34,400 nucleotides of DNA from a virus. Taxonomy: Duplodnaviria > Caudoviricetes. Where the stretch lies: IMG/VR virus record IMGVR_UViG_3300038974_000152, positions 1-34,400 of that record; one strand, given 5' to 3'. Both the position numbers and the translations under genes were made by a program. The notes under the pieces were generated by a model, which was not told where the DNA came from, ran no database searches, and worked only from the letters and a program-made list of their open reading frames with translations. This document shows, one piece after another, positions 26,634-34,400 of this stretch. Positions within the stretch are counted from its first letter, which is position 1. Each line of letters opens with the position of its first letter.

Positions 26634-26665
26634 AGCATCGGTTAGAAATAGCCGGTGCTATTTTT
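26634..26665 (+). terminator. Intrinsic terminator upstream of terL
   Basis: agcatcggtta-GAAA-tagccggtgct then attttt. Confidence 0.65.
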
Positions 26666-26688
26666 ATGCCATTTTGGAGGTGGTGTCT

Positions 26689-28290
26689 ATGCGAAAACTG
26701 AAGAAATACAAGCCCACCAGGTTTATGGCGAAGACCTCGCACTACGATAAGGACGCCGCCGACTATGCGGTCATGTTCATCGAGTCCCTCTGCCATACCA
26801 AAGGCACCTGGGCGGGAAAGCCCTTTGAACTGATCGACTGGCAGGAGCAGATTATCCGCGACCTGTTCGGCGTGTTAAAGCCCAACGGCTACCGGCAGTT
26901 CAATACGGCTTACATTGAGATTCCCAAGAAACAGGGCAAGTCGGAGCTTGCCGCCGCTGTGGCGCTTTTGCTTCTCTGCGGGGACGGCGAGGAACGGGCC
27001 GAGGTGTATGGCTGCGCCGCTGACCGTAACCAGGCAAAGATCGTGTTTGATGTGGCAGTGGACATGGTGCGGTTCTGCCCGGCGCTTTCCAAGCGGGTGA
27101 AAATCCTGGAGTCCCAGAAGAAAATTACCTACCTGCCTACCAACAGCTCTTACCAGGTGCTTTCGGCGGATGTGGCGAACAAGCACGGCTTCAATACCCA
27201 CGGCGTGATCTTTGATGAGCTGCACACCCAGCCCAACCGGAAACTCTTTGACGTCATGCTGCAAGGCTCCGGGGATGCCCGGATGCAGCCGCTGTATTTC
27301 CTGATCACCACGGCGGGCAACGACACCAACTCCATTTGTTATGAGGTACACCAGAAAGCCATCGACATTGCGGAAGGCCGGAAGGCTGATCCCACCTTCT
27401 ACTCTGTCATATACGGCGCTGCCGAGGATGAGGACTGGACAGACCCCAAAGTCTGGAAGAAGGCAAATCCCTCCCTTGGTATCACAGTGGGGATCGATAA
27501 GGTCAAAGCCGCCTGTGAATCCGCCCAGCAGAACCCCGGCGAGGAGAACGCTTTCCGGCAGCTCCGGCTGAACCAGTGGGTCAAGCAGTCTGTCCGCTGG
27601 ATGCCAATGGACAAGTGGGACGCCTGTGCATTCCCGGTTTCTGAGGACGATCTGGAAGGGCGCATCTGCTACGGCGGGCTGGATCTTTCCTCCACCACGG
27701 ACATCACGGCTTTTGTTCTGGTGTTTCCGCCCCTGGATGAGGAGGATAAATACTACATCCTGCCATACTTCTGGATACCGGAGGAGACGCTTGACCTGCG
27801 TGTCCGCCGCGACCATGTCCCCTATGACCTGTGGGAACGCCAGGGGACGCTGATGACTACTGAGGGCAATGTGGTCCATTACGGCTACATCGAGAAATTC
27901 ATCGAGCAGTTGGGCGAGCGGTTCAACATCCGGGAGATTGCCTTTGACCGCTGGGGCGCTGTACAGATGGTGCAGAATCTGGAGGGCATGGGCTTCACGG
28001 TAGTTCCCTTTGGGCAGGGCTTTAAGGATATGTCCCCACCGACAAAGGAACTGATGAAGCTGGTACTGGAGGAGAAAATCGCCCACGGCGGCCACCCGGT
28101 GCTGCGGTGGATGATGGATAACATCTTCATCCGCACCGACCCGGCGGGCAACATCAAGGCGGACAAGGAAAAATCCACAGAGAAGATTGACGGCGCAATC
28201 GCCACCATCATGGGACTTGACCGTGCGATCCGCTGTGCCAATGATACAGGCGCTTCGGTTTATGACAGCCGGGGCCTTTTGTTTATCTGA
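26689..28290 (+). CDS. terL: Terminase large subunit
   Basis: Walker A PKKQGKS, Walker B VIFDELH, ITTAG, GLDLSS..D, KIDG; GGAGG RBS before ATG 26689. Confidence 0.95.
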   Translation: MRKLKKYKPTRFMAKTSHYDKDAADYAVMFIESLCHTKGTWAGKPFELIDWQEQIIRDLFGVLKPNGYRQFNTAYIEIPKKQGKSELAAAVALLLLCGDGEERAEVYGCAADRNQAKIVFDVAVDMVRFCPALSKRVKILESQKKITYLPTNSSYQVLSADVANKHGFNTHGVIFDELHTQPNRKLFDVMLQGSGDARMQPLYFLITTAGNDTNSICYEVHQKAIDIAEGRKADPTFYSVIYGAAEDEDWTDPKVWKKANPSLGITVGIDKVKAACESAQQNPGEENAFRQLRLNQWVKQSVRWMPMDKWDACAFPVSEDDLEGRICYGGLDLSSTTDITAFVLVFPPLDEEDKYYILPYFWIPEETLDLRVRRDHVPYDLWERQGTLMTTEGNVVHYGYIEKFIEQLGERFNIREIAFDRWGAVQMVQNLEGMGFTVVPFGQGFKDMSPPTKELMKLVLEEKIAHGGHPVLRWMMDNIFIRTDPAGNIKADKEKSTEKIDGAIATIMGLDRAIRCANDTGASVYDSRGLLFI

Positions 28291-28307
28291 AAGGACGGTG
28301 ATTCGAT

Positions 28308-29675
28308 ATGGGTATCTTTTCCGGGCTTTTCCGTTCCAGGGATAAGCCACAGAACCGCACTACGGGCAGCGCCTACAGCTTTTTCTTCGGAGGAAGCACT
28401 GCGGGCAAGCGGGTCAATGAACGGTCTGCCATGCAGATGACTGCGGTATACTCCTGCGTCCGAATCCTGGCAGAAGCAGTGGCAGGTCTGCCGCTGCACC
28501 TTTACCGCTATAAGGAGGACGGCGGCAAGGAGAAAGCACTTGACCATCCGCTGTATCTGCTCCTGCATGACGAGCCGAACCCGGAGATGAGTTCTTTTGT
28601 GTTTCGGGAAACGCTCATGACGCACCTGCTCCTGTGGGGCAATGCTTACGCACAGATTATCCGCAACGGAAAAGGTGAAGTGATTGCTCTCTATCCGCTG
28701 ATGCCGGACCGGATGACGGTGAATCGTGACAGCAATGGACAGCTTTATTACGAATACACCGTCAGCATGGATGATGCGCCTACGGTCAAAGGCAGTCTTG
28801 TCCGGCTGCATCCTTCCGATGTGCTGCATATCCCAGGGCTTGGCTTTGACGGGCTGGTGGGATATTCCCCTATCGCTATGGCAAAGAACGCCATCGGCAT
28901 GGCGATTGCCTGTGAGGAATATGGGGCGAAGTTCTTTGCCAACGGTGCGGCCCCTGGCGGCGTCCTGGAGCATCCGGGTACCATCAAAGACCCGCAGCGT
29001 GTCCGGGAGAGCTGGCAGTCCACCTTTGGCGGCAGCGGCAACAGCAATAAGATCGCCGTGCTGGAGGAAGGCATGAAATACACACCCATTGGCATCTCCC
29101 CGGAACAGGCACAGTTCCTGGAGACGAGAAAGTTCCAGATCAATGAGATCGCCCGGATCTTCCGGGTGCCGCCCCACATGGTGGGCGACCTGGAAAAGTC
29201 CAGCTTTTCCAACATTGAGCAGCAGTCGCTGGAGTTCGTGAAATACACGCTGGAACCCTGGCTGGTGCGTTGGGAGCAGTCCATCCAGAGGACGCTGCTT
29301 TCCCCGGAGGAAAAGAAGCGGTATTTTGCAAAGTTCAACGTGGAAGGGCTGCTCCGGGGCGATTATGCCAGCAGAATGTCCGGCTACGCTACCGCAAGGC
29401 AGAACGGCTGGATGAGCGCCAATGACATCCGGGAACTGGAGAACATGGACCGCATCCCTGCTGAGGAAGGCGGAGACTTGTACCTGATCAATGGCAATAT
29501 GCTCCCGCTTGGAAACGCCGGGGCTTTTGCAAATACCGAAGTTAGCGATGACGGAAAGGAGGAAGATTCCGATGAAGAAGTTCTGGAAGTGGAAGAACCA
29601 GGCGGAGGCGGAGACAGCTCCGGCGGAACGGACGCTGTTCCTGAACGGCACCATCGCCGAGGAAAGCTGGTTTGA
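28308..29675 (+). CDS. HK97-family portal protein
   Basis: AVYSCVRILAE, LLLWGNAY, FFANGA.P.G, IARIFRVPP, SNIEQQ. Confidence 0.95.
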   Translation: MGIFSGLFRSRDKPQNRTTGSAYSFFFGGSTAGKRVNERSAMQMTAVYSCVRILAEAVAGLPLHLYRYKEDGGKEKALDHPLYLLLHDEPNPEMSSFVFRETLMTHLLLWGNAYAQIIRNGKGEVIALYPLMPDRMTVNRDSNGQLYYEYTVSMDDAPTVKGSLVRLHPSDVLHIPGLGFDGLVGYSPIAMAKNAIGMAIACEEYGAKFFANGAAPGGVLEHPGTIKDPQRVRESWQSTFGGSGNSNKIAVLEEGMKYTPIGISPEQAQFLETRKFQINEIARIFRVPPHMVGDLEKSSFSNIEQQSLEFVKYTLEPWLVRWEQSIQRTLLSPEEKKRYFAKFNVEGLLRGDYASRMSGYATARQNGWMSANDIRELENMDRIPAEEGGDLYLINGNMLPLGNAGAFANTEVSDDGKEEDSDEEVLEVEEPGGGGDSSGGTDAVPERHHRRGKLV

Positions 29676-30312
29676 CGATGACGTCACACCCCAGCTTTTC
29701 AAAGAGGAACTGATGGCTGGGGACGGAGATATTACCGTCTGGATCAACAGCCCCGGCGGGGACTGCGTGGCGGCGGCCCAGATCTATAACATGCTGATGG
29801 ACTATCCGCACAATGTCACGGTCAAGATTGACGGCATTGCAGCATCCGCTGCAAGCGTGATCGCTATGGCTGGTACAAAAGTGCTGGTCAGCCCGGTGTC
29901 CATGATGATGATTCACAACCCCATGACCGTGGCCATGGGCGATACCGCCGAGATGCAGAAAGCCATCGAGATGCTTGGCAGTGTGAAGGATTCCATCATC
30001 AACGCCTATGAGATCAAGACCGGCCTGTCCCGCGCCAAGCTGTCCCACCTGATGGACGCGGAAACCTGGATGGACGCGAACAAGGCGGTGGAGCTTGGCT
30101 TTGCCGATGATGTCCTGGCACGGGCGGAGATCCCGGAGGACATGGAGCCGCCTGCGGTTTCCATGTTGTATTCCAAAGCCGCTGTGAGGGGCTCCCTCAT
30201 GGATAAGATCGCGGCCAAGTGCAGGACCAACCCTAAGAAAATTGAAGATTCCAAACCCAAGGGCCGCTCCGTAGACAGTCTCTACGAGCGGCTCAATCTT
30301 TTGAAACATTGA
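29572..30312 (+). CDS. ClpP-type prohead protease
   Basis: INSPGGD, AASAASVIAMAG, MMIHNP, ETWM.A..AVELGFAD; GGAGG RBS. Confidence 0.93.
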   Translation: MKKFWKWKNQAEAETAPAERTLFLNGTIAEESWFDDDVTPQLFKEELMAGDGDITVWINSPGGDCVAAAQIYNMLMDYPHNVTVKIDGIAASAASVIAMAGTKVLVSPVSMMMIHNPMTVAMGDTAEMQKAIEMLGSVKDSIINAYEIKTGLSRAKLSHLMDAETWMDANKAVELGFADDVLARAEIPEDMEPPAVSMLYSKAAVRGSLMDKIAAKCRTNPKKIEDSKPKGRSVDSLYERLNLLKH

Positions 30313-30327
30313 AGGAGGATTTCTATC

Positions 30328-31527
30328 ATGACGATTCTTGAACTGCGCGAGAAGCGCGCCAAAGCCTGGGAAGCTACGAAAGCCTTTCTGGATTCCCACA
30401 GAAACGATAAGGGCCTCCTGTCCGCCGAGGATGATGCCGCCTACACCCGCATGGAGCAGGAGATCACCGACCTGGGCAAGGAGATCGCCCGCCTGGAACG
30501 CCAGGAGGCGCTGGAGGCGGAACTGAACCGCCCTGTGAACAAGCCCCTGACGGGTAAACCCATGAGCGGCAAGGAGGAGACTAAGACCGGCCGCGCCACC
30601 GATGAGTACCGCCAGAACTTTTGGAACATGATGCGCTCTAAAGCGCCGATGCCCTCTGTGGTAAATGCCCTGCAGATTGGTACGGACTCCGAGGGCGGCT
30701 ATCTGGTGCCGGACGAATATGAGCGCACCCTGGTAGAAGCCCTGGAGGAAGAGAACGTGTTCCGCCAGCTTGCGAAGGTCATCCAGACTTCCAGCGGCGA
30801 CCGCAAGATCCCTGTGGTGGCGACCAAGGGAACCGCTTCCTGGATTGATGAGGAAGGGGCATATACGGAGAGCGATGATTCCTTCGGCCAGGTATCCATC
30901 GGGGCGTACAAGCTGGGGACGATGATTAAGGTTTCTGAGGAACTCTTGAACGACAGCGTCTTTGACCTGGAAAGCTATATCTCCCGCGAGTTTGCCCGCC
31001 GCATCGGCGCCAAGGAGGAGGAAGCCTTCTTTACCGGGGACGGTTCTGGAAAGCCCTTGGGCATCCTGGCAGCCAGCGGCGGCGCAGAGACCGGCATCAC
31101 TGCTGCGTCTGCCACCGCCATTACCGCCGATGAACTGATCGACCTGTTCTACTCCCTGAAAGCGCCCTACCGCCGTAACGCTGTGTGGGTGCTGAACGAT
31201 TCCACCATCAAGGCAGTCCGTAAACTGAAAGATGGCAGCGGTCAGTACCTGTGGCAGCCTTCCCTGACTGCCGGAACGCCGGATACCATCCTGGGCCGTC
31301 CTGTGCGTACTTCGGCCTATATGCCCGCCATCGCCGCCAGTGCGAAGACCATCGCCTTCGGTGATTTCAGCTACTACTGGATCGCAGACCGCCAGGGGCG
31401 CTCCTTCAAGCGCCTGAACGAACTGTATGCGGCAAACGGCCAGGTGGGCTTCCTCGCTTCCCAGCGCGTGGACGGCAAGATGATCCTGCCGGAGGCTGTC
31501 AAGGTGCTGGTACAGAAAGCATCGTAA
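30328..31527 (+). CDS. Major capsid protein, HK97 fold
   Basis: Coiled-coil N-terminus, EGGYLVP, GDGSGKPLG, LKD..GQYLW, FGDFSYY. Confidence 0.95.
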   Translation: MTILELREKRAKAWEATKAFLDSHRNDKGLLSAEDDAAYTRMEQEITDLGKEIARLERQEALEAELNRPVNKPLTGKPMSGKEETKTGRATDEYRQNFWNMMRSKAPMPSVVNALQIGTDSEGGYLVPDEYERTLVEALEEENVFRQLAKVIQTSSGDRKIPVVATKGTASWIDEEGAYTESDDSFGQVSIGAYKLGTMIKVSEELLNDSVFDLESYISREFARRIGAKEEEAFFTGDGSGKPLGILAASGGAETGITAASATAITADELIDLFYSLKAPYRRNAVWVLNDSTIKAVRKLKDGSGQYLWQPSLTAGTPDTILGRPVRTSAYMPAIAASAKTIAFGDFSYYWIADRQGRSFKRLNELYAANGQVGFLASQRVDGKMILPEAVKVLVQKAS

Positions 31528-31541
31528 GGGAGGGTTGACAG

Positions 31542-31769
31542 ATGAGCTACAACGGAAAGAACTACATGGAACAGGGCGGCGATAAGTGGGTGATTGGCGG
31601 CACCCTCGAAATCAAGGAGGGGGCTTCTGTTACCGGTTTGCCCGCCGCCGAGGTTCCCCAGGCGGCAAACCAGGCCGACAGCGTTGCGGAGGATGTTTCC
31701 ACTCTGGTTTCTGATTTCAACGGCCTGCTGGCCAAGCTGAAGGCAGCGGGCCTGATGGCATCCAGTTAA
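31542..31769 (+). CDS. Small head decoration/fiber-like protein
   Basis: 75 aa after capsid; LVSDFNGLLAKLKAAG amphipathic end. Confidence 0.6.
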   Translation: MSYNGKNYMEQGGDKWVIGGTLEIKEGASVTGLPAAEVPQAANQADSVAEDVSTLVSDFNGLLAKLKAAGLMASS

Positions 31770-31786
31770 GGAAGGAGGCGGCGGGG

Positions 31787-32098
31787 ATGGACACTCTGCT
31801 GGAAAAAGTCAAAGCAAACCTGATTCTGGAGCATTCGGCGGATGACGCGCTTTTGCAGAACTACATCACCGCCGCTGTTTCCTATGCGGAGAGCTACCAG
31901 CATATCCAGGAGGGCTATTACACGGAGAATGCAATGCCGGCCACCACCGAACAGGCGGTGATTATGCTGGCATCGCATTTCTATGAGTCCAGGGACGGTT
32001 CCACGGGCGGATTCTTCGCTGATAACACAAACGCAGCACAGCAGGTCTGGAACACGGTCAACCTTCTGCTTCGGCTCGACCGGGAATGGAAGGTGTGA
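31787..32098 (+). CDS. Head-tail connector (HK97 gp6-like)
   Basis: LEKVKANL....DDALL..YI.AA..YAE, AVIML.SHFYE.R. Confidence 0.88.
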   Translation: MDTLLEKVKANLILEHSADDALLQNYITAAVSYAESYQHIQEGYYTENAMPATTEQAVIMLASHFYESRDGSTGGFFADNTNAAQQVWNTVNLLLRLDREWKV

Positions 32099-32099
32099 T

Positions 32100-32432
32100 A
32101 TGAGTTTTGGAAAAATGAACACCTTCATCTCCATTGTGGAAAAACAGTTCACGCAGGATGATGAGGGCTTTAAGACGGAAACGGATGTGACCGTGGCAGA
32201 GGTACGCGCTTACCGGGAAGGCCGGCATGGCAGTGAGAAATGGGCCAACATGGCTTCCTTTTCCACCGCCACCGACCTTTTTCAATTCCGCGTGATACCC
32301 GGCGTCACGGTCACAACCGATATGCGTATCCTCTGTGACGGGCATACCTTCGAGATCACATCGGTGGAGGATGTCAAAGGCAGGGGGATGTATCTGGAAG
32401 TACTGGTACAGGAGGTGAAACCCGGTGGCTAA
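32100..32432 (+). CDS. Head-tail adaptor / head closure protein
   Basis: DDEGF, F.FR.IP...TDMRI....FEI.SVED; synteny. Confidence 0.82.
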   Translation: MSFGKMNTFISIVEKQFTQDDEGFKTETDVTVAEVRAYREGRHGSEKWANMASFSTATDLFQFRVIPGVTVTTDMRILCDGHTFEITSVEDVKGRGMYLEVLVQEVKPGG

Positions 32433-32856
32433 AGCGACATGGAGGATGCCGGAGGATTTCCTGATGAAGGTATCCCGGCTGGCGGACAAAACGGATGAGA
32501 TTCTCCCGAAGGTGCTGGAAGCGGGCGCGGAGGTTGTGGAGGACAAGGTGCGCTCCAACCTGCAGGCGGTTATCGGCAGCGGGACGAAGTACGAGTCCCG
32601 AAGCACCGGGGAGCTTCTCCGCTCCCTTGGCACATCTCCCGCCCTGCAGGATAAGAACGGGGACTTCAATGTGAAGGTAGGCTTTTCCGAGCCGAGGTCG
32701 GACGGCGACAGTAACGCCAAGATCGCCACCATCCTGGAATACGGCAAAAGCGGCCAGCCCGCAAAACCCTTCTTAAAACCAGCCCGTTCCTCTTCCCGGA
32801 ATGCCTGTATCAACGCCATGAAGGCGAAGCTGGACGAGGAGGTGGAGAAGATTTGA
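32425..32856 (+). CDS. HK97 gp10-like tail component
   Basis: TGEL..SL, LEYGKS.QPAKPFLKPA. Confidence 0.85.
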   Translation: MAKATWRMPEDFLMKVSRLADKTDEILPKVLEAGAEVVEDKVRSNLQAVIGSGTKYESRSTGELLRSLGTSPALQDKNGDFNVKVGFSEPRSDGDSNAKIATILEYGKSGQPAKPFLKPARSSSRNACINAMKAKLDEEVEKI

Positions 32857-33194
32857 GCCTGCTTTCGGAAATCAAGGCTGCGGTCACCGGCTGCGGACTG
32901 CCTGTGGAGACGGGCGTGTTCTCCGGGGAGCCGCCGGAGGAATATGTGGTGGTCACGCCTTTGGCGGATACCTATGAACTTCACGCAGATAACCTGCCGG
33001 GGTATGAAGCCCAGGAGGCGCGGCTCTCCCTGTTCTCCAAAGGGAACTATCTGATGCGGAAGGGGCAGCTTTCAAATGCGCTCCTTGCCGCTGATTTTGT
33101 GATTACGGACAGGCGGTACATCGGCCATGAGGACGATACCGGCTACCACCACTATGCCATTGATGTGGCAAAACTGTATGGATTGGAGGAATGA
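32853..33194 (+). CDS. Tail terminator/completion protein
   Basis: Position before major tail; EDDTGYHHYAID C-terminus. Confidence 0.7.
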   Translation: MSLLSEIKAAVTGCGLPVETGVFSGEPPEEYVVVTPLADTYELHADNLPGYEAQEARLSLFSKGNYLMRKGQLSNALLAADFVITDRRYIGHEDDTGYHHYAIDVAKLYGLEE

Positions 33195-33197
33195 ACT

Positions 33198-33809
33198 ATG
33201 GCTACCATTGGCCTTGATAAACTTTTCTACTCGAAGATTACCGAGGGTGAAAACGGCGATGAGACCTATGCCGCCCCTGTGGCTTTGGCAAAAGCCATGA
33301 CCGCCGAGCTTTCCGTGGAACTGGCGGAAGCTACGCTGTACGCGGACGATGGCGCGGCGGAGGTCGTGAAGGAGTTCCAGAGCGGGACGCTGACGCTGGG
33401 TGTGGACGATATTGGGAAAAGCGTGGCGGAAGACCTGACCGGGGCGGTGATTGATGAAAACGGCGTCCTGATCTCCGCATCGGAGGACGGCGGCGCTCCA
33501 GTTGCGATTGGCTTCCGCGCCAAGAAAGCGAACGGCAAGTACCGCTATTTCTGGCTATACCGCGTGATTTTCGGCATCCCGGCCACCAACCTGACCACCA
33601 AGGGCGAGAGCATCGAGTTTTCCACCCCTTCCATCGAGGGGACGGTGACCCGCCGCAATAAGGTGGACGGCCAGGGCAAACACCCCTGGAAAGCGGAGGT
33701 GTCCGAGGATGACTCCGGTGTGTCTCCCACGGTTATCACGGGCTGGTACGATGAGGTCTATGAGCCGTCCTATGCGGATCAGACATCTGACACAGGCGGC
33801 GAAGGGTAA
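33198..33809 (+). CDS. Major tail protein (phi13 family)
   Basis: IGLDKLFY, LYADD, AIGFRAKK.NG.YRYFWLY...F. Confidence 0.9.
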   Translation: MATIGLDKLFYSKITEGENGDETYAAPVALAKAMTAELSVELAEATLYADDGAAEVVKEFQSGTLTLGVDDIGKSVAEDLTGAVIDENGVLISASEDGGAPVAIGFRAKKANGKYRYFWLYRVIFGIPATNLTTKGESIEFSTPSIEGTVTRRNKVDGQGKHPWKAEVSEDDSGVSPTVITGWYDEVYEPSYADQTSDTGGEG

Positions 33810-33825
33810 TAGGAGGTTTTGAGAT

Positions 33826-34206
33826 ATGGATGAAAGAACAGCTACTGTCAATATCGGCGGGCAGGAATACGAAATGCTCCTGACCACCAGGGCGACCAAG
33901 GCCATCGCCGGACGCTACGGCGGGCTGGAGAACCTGGGCGAGAAGCTGATGAAAGCGGAAAATTTTGAGATGGCTCTGGACGAGATCGTGTGGCTGATTA
34001 CCCTTCTGTGCAACCAGCCGATCCTCGTCCACAACCTGAAGCACCCGGAGGACAAAAAGCCGGAGCTGACCGCCGAGGAGGTGGAGCTTCTCACCTCCCC
34101 GATGGAACTGACGGACTACAAAGACGCCATCATGGAGGCCATGTACCGGGGGACGAAACGGAATATCGAAAGTGAGCCGGAGGGAAAAAACACGGCGGCC
34201 GGGTAA
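33826..34206 (+). CDS. Tail assembly chaperone (gpG-like)
   Basis: Follows major tail; ends ...EGKN at slippery GGGAAAAAAC. Confidence 0.82.
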   Translation: MDERTATVNIGGQEYEMLLTTRATKAIAGRYGGLENLGEKLMKAENFEMALDEIVWLITLLCNQPILVHNLKHPEDKKPELTAEEVELLTSPMELTDYKDAIMEAMYRGTKRNIESEPEGKNTAAG

Positions 34207-34394
34207 GCGATGAAGAATTGTTTACCCGGCTTTTGTATTACGGCATGGCCCACCTCTCCCTGCGCATGGAGGAAGTGTGGCTCATGCCGTTTGGTCTGCT
34301 CATGGATCTGTGGGAATGCCACAGGCAGTTTTTTGGGCTTGCGAAGCCAAAACGGGAACTGACGATAGATGATGTCATTCCCTATGGAATTTAA
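34182..34394 (+). CDS. -1 frameshift extension of the tail chaperone (gpGT-like)
   Basis: -1 frame is open from the slippery site: KHGGRVSDEELFTRLLYYG...MPFGLLMDLWECH...IPYGI*. Confidence 0.75.
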   Translation, partial: GKKHGGRVSDEELFTRLLYYGMAHLSLRMEEVWLMPFGLLMDLWECHRQFFGLAKPKRELTIDDVIPYGI

Positions 34395-34400
34395 CGAGGA

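Larger units (their letters stand above)
446..34400. mobile_element. Temperate siphovirus-like prophage (partial; continues past the right edge, left boundary uncertain)
   Basis: Ordered regulation, replication, packaging, head and tail modules. Confidence 0.9.

Noticed and set aside
26875-30399. Long antisense ORFs (491, 495, 285 aa) opposite terL, portal and protease
   Set aside because: Shadow frames of high-GC3 genes; no recognisable motifs. The same applies to 15566-16798, 19240-20568, 21348-22460 and 23520-24770.
1-34400. Diversity-generating retroelement, retron, group II intron, tRNA or rRNA
   Set aside because: No reverse transcriptase motifs, template/variable repeat pair or RNA gene signatures seen.

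Overview
The window is the left part of a temperate siphovirus-type prophage, probably from a Clostridia/Firmicutes host (inferred from RBS style, sigma-A promoters and gene families). Bases 1-5,700 are an AT-richer accessory block: XRE regulator, C5 methyltransferase and Eco29kI-family GIY-YIG endonuclease, then a large ImmA/IrrE-HTH fusion, a flavin-reductase-like gene and an unknown gene. Next come a sigma-70 region-4 regulator, a minus-strand replication block (family A polymerase, NUMOD4-HNH homing endonuclease, DUF2815 SSB, DUF2800 nuclease) and a divergent plus-strand block (primase-helicase, VRR-NUC, SNF2 helicase broken in Walker A, late activator). The late region runs HNH, terS, about 8 kb of cargo, terL, portal, ClpP, HK97 capsid, connectors, major tail and a tail chaperone with a -1 frameshift. 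The cargo holds a short SAM synthetase, two DNA methyltransferases, an amidoligase/gamma-glutamylcyclotransferase module and a hydrolase moron. No integrase, tape measure, lysis, tRNA or CRISPR is visible. Best leads: (1) an amidoligase, an apparently catalytically stripped paralog sharing its C-terminal domain and upstream motif, and a cyclotransferase behind a switch-like RNA; (2) a C5 methyltransferase with about 8 TRD-like repeats and a second gene nested in its +1 frame; (3) a 5-nt insertion splitting the helicase P-loop; (4) a three-copy bipartite motif at the divergent early promoter; (5) apparent absence of CCGCGG. Family assignments come from motif recognition by eye, not database searches.
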